Assembly: GCA_003693705.1 (NCBI GenBank)
Contig: RBZT01000544.1
Span: forward strand, 1-49,223
Origin: Polymyxa betae A26-41
Taxonomy: Eukaryota > Protista > Endomyxa: Phytomyxea
Reading direction: 5' to 3'
DNA: 49,223 bases
The position numbers and the translations under genes were made by a program. Shown piece by piece: positions 1 to 10,525 of the stretch. The notes under the pieces were generated by a model. That model was given only the letters and a program-made list of their open reading frames with translations, did no database searches and was not told the DNA's origin. Every line of letters begins with the position of its first letter. Position 1 is the first letter of the stretch.

Positions 1-11
1 AACGCAAACGT

Positions 12-1406
12 GTGGTGATCCCAATAAAGAGCAGGGAGCTCTGTGTCCGTCTGTGTGTGATTGCTCATGCAGGACTGAATAGTAGCCATATTGGATATAA
101 CGCTGCATTGAAATTACTGCAGCACTGGGTCTATTGGAAAGGAATGGAGGCTGATTTGAAAAATGTGTGTAACTCTTGTTTACACTGCCTCCCGACATGG
201 ATTTAGGAAGCCCCGACCCTTAGGTGAGGCTTGTCATGGGACTCGACCTAATCAAGTTATCCACTTTGATTATCTGTATATAATGTCAAGAGCAAAAGGC
301 TCTTATCACGATTTTGAATGGATATTCATTATGCGCGATGATTTTTGGGGCCTTGTAAAACTGACTCCAGCAGTTGTGCCTGATACTATGACAACTGTAG
401 ATGCATTGTTAGAGTGGCGATCACTCTTTGGAACATCAGAATTATATGTTTCTGATCAGGCATCTTACTTTGTCTCAGAAATCATGCAGCAGTTTGCTCG
501 CAGATGTAACACGAAACAGCATTGGACAACCGCCTATGTCCATTACTCTAATGGCACAGTAGAGGTGATTTGTAAGCAAGTGCTTGCATTGATCAGAGCT
601 CTCATTTCTGAGTTACGGTGGAACAAAGAAGATTGCCATGGTTGGTCAAACTTATTGAGCATACGCTTAATCATCGGCCCCAGCGACGATTGTTGTGGAC
701 TGCACCGGTGACTGTAATGACAGGATTACCTGCTGATAATCCATTGAATGTTGTTTTCCATAATCCACGTAACGAAACGGGTACACTGACAACGTTGTCA
801 GCAGAGAGGATTCAGAGTCATGTTGAAAGACTCCAACGAGCCTTGGATTCGATGCATAAATCGGTTTAGAAGGCAACTGAACTTGAACGCGAAGTTCATC
901 GTCTCAGCGATAAACGTGTTCGACAGAGAGCAAACTTTGGTCTAGGAGACTTTGTGCTAGTCGGAGTTGTGGATCGCCATCCCAACCAAAAGCTATACTT
1001 AAAATGGCGAGGGACATACAGAATTGTTGAGCTGGTAAACGGTTATGTTTTCATAGTAGAAAACATAATTACCCAGGAGAGACAGCAGGTTCATGGTGAC
1101 CGTCTCTGCTTTTATTGTGATTCGAAATTGAATGTCACTGAAGAGCTAAAAACTCAGTTTGCATTTGATAATGCTAAATTCGAGATTGAAGCAATTTTGG
1201 ATGTTCGCCAAAATTCTCAATCTGGAGAGTTAGAATTGTTCATTCACTGGAAAGGATTCTGTGATCTTGAAAATTCATGGGAACCTATAGATATTATCCT
1301 GACGGATGCACCGTCGATGGTTCGAAGGTTCTAACGTGCACATCTTCATCATCCACTTGCAGAACGTCTGCAATTGGTAATCAAGAGTGCGGGCCTGAAG
1401 GTGTAA
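12..1406 (+). pseudogene. Gypsy pol: integrase (HHCC + DDE core) and chromodomain, disrupted
   Basis: Motifs AH...HIG...YWKGM...CNSCLHC; IHFDYL; YVSDQASYF; SNGTVE; FEIEAILD...IHWKGF...NSWEP. Frameshifts near 200 and 635; in-frame stops at 867 and 1332; the frame continues to TAA at 1404-1406. Confidence 0.9.
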
Positions 1407-1527
1407 GTGACATGGAGCAGACCTTTTCCCATAACTTGCCACTTATGGTTTTTTACTGGTGCTCGGTCCCCTTCAAAAATGTGTTCAAGTCTCACTACAA
1501 CCGCCTTAGTTTTCTTTGAAAACTTTT

Positions 1528-1539
1528 GGGAGGAGGAAG
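1528..1539 (+). other. Polypurine tract (GGGAGGAGGAAG)
   Basis: Purine run downstream of pol, immediately before TGTGTAGT. Confidence 0.75.
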
Positions 1540-1990
1540 TGTGTAGTGCAGTAATAATTGCGAACACGTATTGCGCCCTCCTGTAACTGTTATGTTACAT
1601 GTTATGTTACATGAAGTCTTGGAAGGTCCCATAACGAGAATTTGCATTCCTTTTTCTATATAAGGAGCACTAATTCCGTGGCAATAAACAGATTACTTTT
1701 TCGATATTATTTCTTATGTTGGTTGAATCTTTGATTCAAGCCACAGAGTTGTCTTCGTAATCTAGTACCCTCTAGGCGCATTAGCAACACAATCTCCAAC
1801 ATCAGCAGGATATTCAACTTCTTCAACAACAACTTCGACAAATGAACCAACACCAGTAACAACAAAGTTGCAATCTTGGAAAAAGACATCATCCTGAAAC
1901 CACGTGCATCAAACTGATTCGATCGTTCTCGGGAGCGCGCAGGCAATAAAAATCATTATTTTTATCAATTTCTCTACTTTTTAGTATACA
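1540..1990 (+). repeat. Putative 3' LTR (~450 bp)
   Basis: Starts with TG right after the PPT, contains TATATAA (~1657) and AATAAA (~1683, ~1945), plausible end ...TATACA at 1990. The right boundary is unverified because the 5' LTR is not in the window. Confidence 0.6.
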
Positions 1991-2599
1991 TCATACCGAT
2001 ATATGATAAATTGAGCCCAGTTCACTGATTTACGAGACGACGAATGCTGAAAGTCGAGCCCATGCTACATTAACGCATTTTTTCTTAGTTCTGTAATTGG
2101 GAAATCATAAGCTGTGCGTGATAGGCCGATTTTCATCAAGGTGCGTGACCGACCTTTGATGCATTTTTTCGATTCTGTCATTTGATTTTCTGTGGTTACT
2201 ATCAGACCTTAATCTGTCAACGCAGTCGGTGATACATCATGTCGATTTGTGATCAGACGGATGATCAGATAGTGGATGTTTAATGTGGTGCGCTAACAAG
2301 ATGCATGTCGGCAAGCTAAACGTCTCGTAGATAGACTGACCGTTATCGAGTTATTGTTTGGTCCATCTTCAAATCACTGAATCAAACCCCGAGACAGTTG
2401 TTAACTTGATCAAATTCTTAGTTATTGGGCGGATTCTTCTACTAGTATCGCTCAATTTATTCAAGAACAGATCGCATATCTGAATCCCATTAGCCCCCCT
2501 GTGTAAATTTACATGAGACAGGCTGCGCCCCCTCGTATATAATCACAATGATGTAACATTATCTCAGTAAAAACTCTATCATACGCATTCTTTTTCTCT

Positions 2600-3046
2600 A
2601 TGGATTGTCCGCATCGCGCGCATATAACAAGGTGCATCACAAAATTCAGAGGTCGCGCCGATTGAATCTGCGGCCGCACTATCTGCAACCTTTGCGACCG
2701 TTTATCGACGCCGGGTACGACGTCCTGCAAACATGGAGGAACGAACCATCTTGGGTGCTGAAAGACCAACAAAACCCAAAAAAAAGTATTTATCTCGTGC
2801 GCTGAATGCAGCGGTCCTAACTGAAATTGACACTGTTTTGTCTCGAGAGGGAATGGAACCTGGATTTTCAGAAAGGCGGGATTGGGGCTGGTTTGATGAT
2901 CGTCCTCTTGAACCCGCTACCAACGCTGCCTATTTGAAAAGCATCTCCGTGGTCTTTGGTACTTTCTATCGATAATAGGGGATTTTGAGTCCCTTATAAT
3001 TCTGCTTCGTGACGCCCCTAAAAGCGTTCCGGCCATGAACGTGGAG
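2600..3046 (+). pseudogene. Frameshifted N-terminal fragment of an unrelated mobile-element protein, possibly tyrosine-recombinase (Crypton-like)
   Basis: Joining frames at homopolymer runs (~2780, ~2934) gives ...LEPATNAAY/FEKHLRGLWYFLSIIGDFESLIILLRDAPKSVPAM. Family call is by recollected resemblance only. Confidence 0.35.
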
Positions 3047-3529
3047 CGGGGCGCTCCACGCCCCGCTACCAGCTGCAGTGACATCTCATCTTTTGATGAA
3101 AATACTGCACCTCCAGTTTCTGATGACGCTGCTCTTCCTGATTCCGATGATGACTCATCATCGGAATCTCCTCGACCGAAGAAGCGAAAGCGAGCATCGG
3201 CTGGAGGAAAACCCCCGCGCTCCACATCTACTCCACGAAGTGCTGGACTTCTACTTGCACAATCCTTGGACCGACTAGTAGAGGCGCAAGCGAACAAGAC
3301 CAACCCTGATCTCTCCCACATCTCGAAGGCGATTGATCTTCTAAACTCCAGTTACGGAGATGTCCTCGATCCTGAAGAGCTTGCCATCGGCTACGATGTG
3401 CTCTCTGCACCGAACAAAGCTTTTATCTTTGTTGGTATTGGCGCCGGTCCTGCCCGAGATGCTTGGATCCGTCGACAGATCAGGCTTATGGAAATTGTAG
3501 ATAATCCAGGGCCGGGCAACTTGTTTTAG
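3035..3529 (+). pseudogene. PIF/Harbinger ORF1 C-terminal half; Myb/SANT domain missing
   Basis: Acidic linker, basic NLS (RPKKRKR) and a C-terminal KAIDLL...KAFIF...RDAWIRRQI block typical of Harbinger ORF1; convergent with the transposase. Confidence 0.6.
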
Positions 3530-5036
3530 TAGAGAAGATTTCGGTGCTGTCAAATACTTGATTTCAATACATTTTCCTTATGATTTTATTGATTTTGCTT
3601 GTAACCGATGTAGTCCTCCGACATCTCTTTGGCAATAGCATCTCTCATTCTCTTCATGTTTCCGTCTACTATTACGGATCTTGCAGCACGTTGCTGTCGG
3701 CGAGCTCGACCAAATCGAATCATGCGCTGTGCACGCTCACGAGCAGCTCGGTTCCAAAAATAAACATCTTGTTCGCGAGCCAGAATCAGGTTGTGGAGAA
3801 TACACAGCGCGTATACCAGTTTAACCTATCCATAATTACAATTACATATGTACAGCAGAATGCAGACCCATTCCAACATTACCTGAGCTTCAAATGGATA
3901 TTCAGGAGCTGCTGTCAGAATCGGGAACCGCTTTTTCAAAACGCCAAATATTCTCTCGATCGCGTTCCTAAGGCTGGCGTGCCTCAGGTTGAACAATTCC
4001 TTGGCATTTTGAGGCTCTTGATTGCTTAGCGCCCATTCAAGTAGGTGGCATCGCACACCACGATAGGGCGTTAGGCAATTGTGATCCAAGCCATACCCAG
4101 CGTCGCCAAGGTAATATTTTCCTTGAGGAATAACAAATCCCTTGGACAGCGCGTCGACAAGAACACCAGCATCCGAAGCCGATCCTTCCCATCCAGCCAA
4201 AACATAAACAAATTTCAAATCGAATGAGCATGCAGCCAGAACATTTTGGCTGTAATACCCTTTGCGATTCCGAAAAGGATGGGCACATCCCTTCTGGGGC
4301 TTTGCTGGAATATGTGTTCCGTCCAAGGCTCCAACACAGTCTTTGAAATAAGGAAAGAACCGGGGATCATCCTGGATTTTATCTGGCACAATGCCAATGC
4401 CAGGAAGATGAATAGCATCTAGTCCCAATGCGACAATGGCATTGAGAACCTCGTAAAAGTACCTGTAATTCATTAAAAGACCATATTAATGAATTGCATA
4501 GATTTATTACTTATTTATCGTTCAGCCGCTTCGTTGAAAACGTTCTTGACAGTTTCGATTCGTGGCGTTCTGTCCAATAATGTACAGAAATATACAGAGT
4601 TTCTCATCAACAGAAACATATCGGCTGTCTTGGAGAAGCTCCTTGGTCAGCAATACTTCTCGGATTGAGAAATAGGTAGATTTCGTCATCCGAAGGTTCT
4701 CTCGAAAACGTCGAGGGTTCCCATTGATCAGTTCTTTGATCCACGCTTGCCCAGTCAAAGAGGACGTGCGACATGGCTCCTTCAATATGAAAGCGGCTGC
4801 ATACCAGATAACAGCAGCTAAAGCTACGATAACAGATAAATCCATAGAAAAAAATGCAGAAAATTGGATATTTATTTGCGCCACGTTTTGAAAACGGAGC
4901 CAAAACGGAGGTCAGACCTCCGTTTTCAAAACGGCCGTTTTGTCCCGTTTTCCGAAAACGGAAACGGAGCTCCATTTGGTTACCAAACGTTAAAATTGCG
5001 CAAAACGGCCGTTTGGAAGTGTTACCAAACGCACTC
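3047..5036 (-). mobile_element. PIF/Harbinger DNA transposon, truncated on the left
   Basis: DDE_Tnp_4 transposase on the minus strand, convergent ORF1 C-terminus on the plus strand, right TIR (revcomp GAGTGCGTTTGGT) ending at 5036 followed by TAA. No left TIR found; left boundary approximate. Confidence 0.85.
3586..4845 (-). pseudogene. PIF/Harbinger transposase (3 exons) with a premature TGA
   Basis: Motifs FRENLRM..., CVGALDGTHI, LAGWEGSASD, YYLGDAGY, FNLRHASLRNAIERIFGVLKKRF, LCILHNLI. Introns 4510-4463 and ~3882-3826. In-frame TGA at 4522-4524 (RSG*TINK). Confidence 0.88.
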
Positions 5037-5039
5037 TAA
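4885..5039. repeat. Harbinger subterminal AAAACGG/CCGTTTT repeats, TIR and TAA target site
   Basis: Many AAACGG/CCGTTT copies in both orientations, ending ACCAAACGCACTC-TAA. Confidence 0.8.
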
Positions 5040-5264
5040 CATCATCATTATCAACAGTTTCGCCAGGTGGTTATCCAAACATGGCCTCGTCTGCGGGAAC
5101 GGAACTGCGCGCTGGAAAATTCCCGTCCGGTGGCAAAACCTCTGACCATGGGAATTCCCAACTTTCCGCCAAAAAATTTCCGTGACATCCAAATGATGTT
5201 ATTTGAAGCTGAACGTCAGTCCGTGCGCAGTTTATACAGTTCAAATGAAACGTCGGATACAGTC

Positions 5265-5351
5265 CGGTAGTCGGGTCGGGTACCCACCAGCTACCCGAAC
5301 CCGACCCGACCCGGGTTCTTCGGATACTACCCGAACCCGATCGGAGCCCTA
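5265..5351 (-). mobile_element. Isolated hAT (Ac-like) terminus
   Basis: Minus strand reads TAGGGCTCCGATCGGGTTCGGGTAG... with clustered CCCGA/TCGGG subterminal repeats. The partner end is not seen. Confidence 0.65.
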
Positions 5352-5389
5352 AATGCCGCCGTCTGTTCTCTTCGATGATCCTCACGAAA

Positions 5390-6530
5390 GGTGCTGAGCA
5401 TCTGCAATTTCAGCGGAAGAGATATCACTGATCCGCTTACTCTACGCCCATGAACTTGGTCCCGCTGTCGATATGCATACGCTACAAATCTGGAGAAAGT
5501 TGCAGAATGCCTTTGAGTATGCTCATCTTATGATCTGACTCCTTTTAATTGCTGTTTCACATTGGAATAACTTCAAAGGTGGGCAGGATGTTGTCTCCCG
5601 CATTTTAGAAACAGTCATGATCGATTTCCGTTCGTTATCACCTCGAGCGTTTCATTGTCATTCGTTTTGTCTTGACCAAGCTGATTAAATCGCACATGGT
5701 CTTGCGGCAGCTGTAGATAGAAACGAAATTCTAGCTAACTTCTCTACTTACAAGCAGCTGAAGCAGCACTTACATTAGTTAATGGGATCCTTTGCTGATT
5801 TTCTGCAAGATTTTGCTAAGAAATGGAACCCGTTATCGGTCTCAGGCAATGTTACGGCCTGTAAATGTCGATGCTCAAGTCGACAATATTCAAAGGCGCC
5901 TGTGAGCAATATCTTAAAGTTGCAAAATGGAGTAATTGGGAAGCAAACGAGGCCCCGCATGCAGACTACCAGCATTGAGGGCGCACGATATGCAATGCCT
6001 ATTGTTGACAAATATTCGCGATTCGTCACCATTTTCTTTCTACCAAGAAATAACGTTCTACGAAATTTAGATTGGGGCAACTATTCGCACCATCCAAACC
6101 GACATTGCCACAGAGTTAACATCTCGATACTTTCGCTCCAAGCTGGTCGCCCGAGGAATCCGACTGCAAACGTGCATTCCGTATATACCTCAACAGAACG
6201 GAGTTGTGGAACGGATGAGCAGGACTCTCGTTGACCGGGCACGATCAATGGCCGGGGCGGCGCATATTACGAATCGTCTTCCATCTTTGTATCATTGTAT
6301 GAAAATTCTTTGGCACCGTGCCGAACATATAGCTATAGCACATTCGGATGCCCGGCTTTGGAACATGTCCCGGACCAGAAACGCAGAAAGTTTGATGCCA
6401 AATCATTCGTTTGCACGTTTCTCGGATACCCATCCAATCAGAAGGGCTACATTGTGCAAGAGAATGCGTCTGTGACTTACAAAATCAATAAACAAGGCAT
6501 TATCAGAAACGCTACCCGCTGCCGGTAATC
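5390..6530 (+). mobile_element. Highly decayed Ty1/Copia relic (gag trace, integrase, SH3-like segment)
   Basis: GARYAMPIVDKYSRFVTIFFL; PYIPQQNGVVERMSRTLVDRARSM; AAHITNRLPS; FGCPALEHVPDQKRRKFDAKS...FLGY; many indels. Confidence 0.8.
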
Positions 6531-7407
6531 TTTTGAATGCATCATTGGTCTGGAGACCCATGAGAAGATTTGCTTTCAACCTCGTCCTTAGGAAATTCAT
6601 GTAGCTGTTCTGTTCGTACCACCCGAGTTGAATGATCAAAATTGTCGTTGATATCCGCACGAAGGAACGTACTCCCGGTCGTACCGATTCAGAGAACAAT
6701 GATTGTGCAGCATCTTGATCTGTCCCAGTCACGACCAGATTACCAGGCAAGCTTCTGATACTAACTGAACTTAATGTCAAAGGCAGCGTACCATCAATTG
6801 TTGGGAGGTAATTACCCTGTCATGATCAGTTCAAGAATCGATTCCCGATATTAAGTTTCGTATATTTCGTTCTGGTTGAGAAGAGTGGCTGATCACTATC
6901 TTGGATGGAAATCCCCGAGCCTGGCTTTTCTTTATTTGATATTAATGTCGGCTATATAAACGTTTGCTCATTTTGATAGCTGGTTTGAAGTTAGCCAGCT
7001 AGACGCAGAACAAAGCTTGTTAAGTTACATTTGATATTCCCAATGGATCGGTATCAGACAATCCTCAATCACCTTCCATCGTTAGTAACCGGACTCATCT
7101 CATTGGCGAGATTCGGCCTATATGGTGAAGACGATCGATTGTGAGACTCTTCCCAACTGGGCCTTTCCGCAATAGCAATTAGGGCTCTTTGAAGTGGCAA
7201 TCCAAATTGATCACAATTGGCCAAAGCCATTCAGTGCTCCATCTTCAATCAATTACAAGAAAATTTGCAGGATATCAACCAACTAAACAGACTATTCGCT
7301 GTACAACAACTGTACGGCTCTGTTCGTGTTTATTGAAAACCAGACGCTTCATGTAGCTTCTCTGTATTTAAATCAGTCTACAAGAATAATAAAAACGTGC
7401 ATGAAAT

Positions 7408-8806
7408 TCAGCAGATTGCCATAGTTGTTAGGGGTTGTCCCAGGTCAGATTGCAGGAAGCGTTGTAGGGAGTTTTGCTCAAGAAGACGTTCAATTTCGTG
7501 AACAGCTTCATCGAATATCCTGATGTCAGCTCCATCTAGGTTGGTTTCGATCGTCTTCAACATCGACGACGAGATATTGATCATGAATGGTGAATTTTGC
7601 TTGCAGAATGTTTCGTAGATTTCGTTGATGGAAGCCTGTAATCCGGAATCACTCATATATGAAGTAACCGATTTCTCTCCAAAACTGGTCGTTGCCGTGT
7701 CCGATAAAGCCAATGTAATTGTCCTTTTCTTTGGTTTCTCTTGCAAGCGTCGAACAGCCAGTAAGAAATACAAGCTTTCGATGCAGAAGTCTCTGGCAAG
7801 AAATTGCATAAATGCATCCAAAGCGTCACTTCGCTCTAGAATTCTTTTCAGTGGAATCTTTACAGGCGTAGAACTGGATTGCACAGAGAATTCGCCATAA
7901 GACCATTTGATCGGAAGTATGATAGTAACAAACCATTCGATTTCAATGAGAAGGAAATATAAAAAATTCAAAATTGGGAATTGATTTTGATTGTAGTCGT
8001 TGACAGGTGGAATCATCCAAAGGACAATGATGATTAGTGCAAACTTCAAGATTGTCGTCAACTCCCATTGAATATGGAATCCGTCCACGTAACGACGAAG
8101 TTTGAATCCAATAAGAACGAAGACAGACACCCAAAGTGATGACCAAAACTATATAGCAACACTTCAGTTAAGGTTTTTGCCATTCACATTGCGAAATTTC
8201 GCCATTAAATGAGACAATATGTAAGCCGTATAACAAGAATAAATAAAAGACCTGAAGAAAGCCCTGAAGCTCAGGCCGTTGGGGATCGCAGTGATCGCTG
8301 TCGCTAAGGTATGGGTAGGATGTTATGTTGAATATTGTAATGACCAGAATATTGAAGGCCCAAACCGGACCGATAAGCTTCCAAGTCACGATCCAGCTAT
8401 GCTTTAAGATCCATCGATCGAATTTGGTCGGTGTGTGCATGTTGGTCTTCAAAGACGCCAATTGCTGTGTTCCAGTGGCGGTCATGAGTACTTTGGCGCG
8501 ATTCAATCGATAAACCAAGTAATAACCCAAGAATCGGGTTAGCATTGCCACAGAGTTGATTGATGAGGCGTAATTTTGGATGACGAACATCAGATAGCAA
8601 TTATAATCATCACGAATTACGACATAAGCAGTGGCACAGTAATTAATGGAAATGGATATCAATGCCACCAGAGCACGAACTGGCATGCGTTCTTTGATCG
8701 GTGATTGATTACGGCGCCACCAGAAAAGGATTAAGACTGGAGTCTGCAGGACTAAAACCGCTATCGAAACGACAGTAATATTATTGATCACGGTCGTTTC
8801 CGCCAT
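7408..8806 (-). CDS. 7TM-RGS protein (multi-pass membrane domain plus C-terminal RGS box), 2 exons
   Basis: About 7 hydrophobic segments, then RGS motifs (AFMQFLARDFCIESLYFL; IYETFCKQNSPFMINIS; IFDEAVHEIERLLEQNSLQRFLQS). Phase-0 intron 8251-8149. Confidence 0.88.
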
Positions 8807-9700
8807 TGCTTCCCGATGAAAAATTGGAAAGTGACCTTGAACATCCAAGATTCATTCGGAAGCATTTGGCGTACCGAATACGTAATATCTTAGAAGATTG
8901 AATGTAGGCTTCCTATAGGGATCCGGGACAAGGGGGAAAGAAAACGATGCTAGGTATAAATAGACATGAACTTGGGAAGAAAAATCCAAATTTGATTTAG
9001 AACATTGGAATCATTTAGAAGCGTTGAGCGTTCCACCAGAAAGACTTCGTCGTATTCGTTTCTGTTGAGATGCAACAGTGGCAGACGACTACCTCCAAGC
9101 TCAACCGAACTGGAATCTGTAACCTGCAATTGTCACGGTCGAGCAGCAATCACGAATACGGGAACGAGTCTTGCTGATCTTGAGAAATGGGACATGGCAA
9201 AGAAGGACGTCCAAGATCAGAATACGAATGATATTGAGAGAGGCTGCAGCAGGAAGCCGCTCACCCTATCTTCAAGCCTCGAAACAAACACTGAAGGTCT
9301 GAAACGAAAAGGTTACCCTGAGATAGTGAGACCCTATCAAATGATTCTAACAGCTGTGTTTGATTACAGAAGGGCACCCCCAAACCCCAAAGTTCCTACT
9401 ACTGTGTTGATATGCAGCCCCGTTCTCAGGTCGAAATTTGCTACAGAGATGTGGGGCCTGTCTTGGTGACAGCACTGTCAGAATCGGAACTGTCATCTGT
9501 TGACGTTGCCCGATAAAGGCTGCTCCACGATAGCGCCAACAGGGCTAGCCTCTGTATGACCTGCGACCTCGAATCTCAGCCCTGCCCTATCAGTGGCTCT
9601 ATCCACCGATTCGCCTAGTTGAATCGTGCCGCGATTCCTAGGCGATCGATCTGGGCACTGCTCTTGTGGTCACAGACTATTTCGACAAAAATCTCGAAAA

Positions 9701-10450
9701 ATGACTCAAATCGACATGGTTCTAGGCTCACCAGAAGCGCTTCCGCGCCGATCGCTCTTCTCGGAAATGGTATTCACGCCGACGCCGCCTCGTCCCAATC
9801 CCCTTCCTCGTCAAAGTGCAGTTTCCTGCGATTTTTCGGAGATGGAAGACACTGAGCCGCAAAAGCTGCTTTTGCCCGTGTTGTCAACATCGTCACCACC
9901 CTTAGTTTCATGTGATACAGTGGCGGCGCTACTTTCAGGGCATTTCAACGACTCAGTGCCTGATTACTTGATCGTGGACTGTCGCTATGATTACGAGCAC
10001 GAAGGAGGGCACTTACCTCGTGCTGTTTCCATAAATCGCCACGAATCTCTCTGTGAATTTCATGCAACTCTACGGAAGTCAAATATGAGCCTATCCAATC
10101 TCGTGATTATATTCCACTGCGAGTTCAGCCAAAACCGGGCTCCAAAAGCCTTTCACGCTTTCAGATCCCTTGACCGATCGGCCAACACGTACCCAACGTT
10201 GACATTTCCACAAATGTACATCATGGAAGGGGGATATAGGCAATTCTATACATTATTTAAGCAGCTATGCATGCCCAGCAACTACGTAACGATGACAGAT
10301 CCTGAACTAAGCAAGCGCTGGAAAAAGGAAGCGATAGCTTGCAGAAGGTCGTGGAATATGAAGCGCAAAGAAAAGATTGAAGAAGACGATGATGTTGAGA
10401 AATCGCCAATTCGAACATCAACACCGCCACTCAGAAGATTCATCTTCTAA
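9701..10450 (+). CDS. CDC25: Cdc25-type (M-phase inducer) phosphatase, copy A, intronless
   Basis: IVDCRYDYEHEGGHL, catalytic IIFHCEFSQNRAP (CX5R), YPTLTFPQMYIMEGGY. Confidence 0.9.
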   Translation: MTQIDMVLGSPEALPRRSLFSEMVFTPTPPRPNPLPRQSAVSCDFSEMEDTEPQKLLLPVLSTSSPPLVSCDTVAALLSGHFNDSVPDYLIVDCRYDYEHEGGHLPRAVSINRHESLCEFHATLRKSNMSLSNLVIIFHCEFSQNRAPKAFHAFRSLDRSANTYPTLTFPQMYIMEGGYRQFYTLFKQLCMPSNYVTMTDPELSKRWKKEAIACRRSWNMKRKEKIEEDDDVEKSPIRTSTPPLRRFIF

Positions 10451-10525
10451 TAAAGAAATCGAAACAAGGAAAAAGAAATAACATCATATCTAAATTATTA
10501 AGATTACGCTTCCAAAGCAGAATCC

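Larger units (their letters stand above)
1..1990 (+). mobile_element. 3' part of a degenerate Ty3/Gypsy (chromovirus-type) LTR retrotransposon
   Basis: Integrase Zn-finger, core and chromodomain, followed by a polypurine tract and a TG...CA LTR-like segment. The 5' part lies outside the window. Confidence 0.9.

Noticed and set aside
4885-5351. CRISPR-like or iteron-like repeat arrays
   Set aside because: Irregular short motifs in both orientations next to TIRs; eukaryotic context with no cas genes.
7180-7187. TAGGGCTC as partner of the hAT end at 5351
   Set aside because: Wrong side and orientation, and no subterminal repeats.
6530-7330. Coding-like minus-strand stretch including ORF 6403-6780
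   Set aside because: No recognisable motif and multiple stops; probably old repeat debris.
9005-9469. 154-aa ORF upstream of Cdc25-A
   Set aside because: TTG start, no motif, and no counterpart upstream of Cdc25-B.
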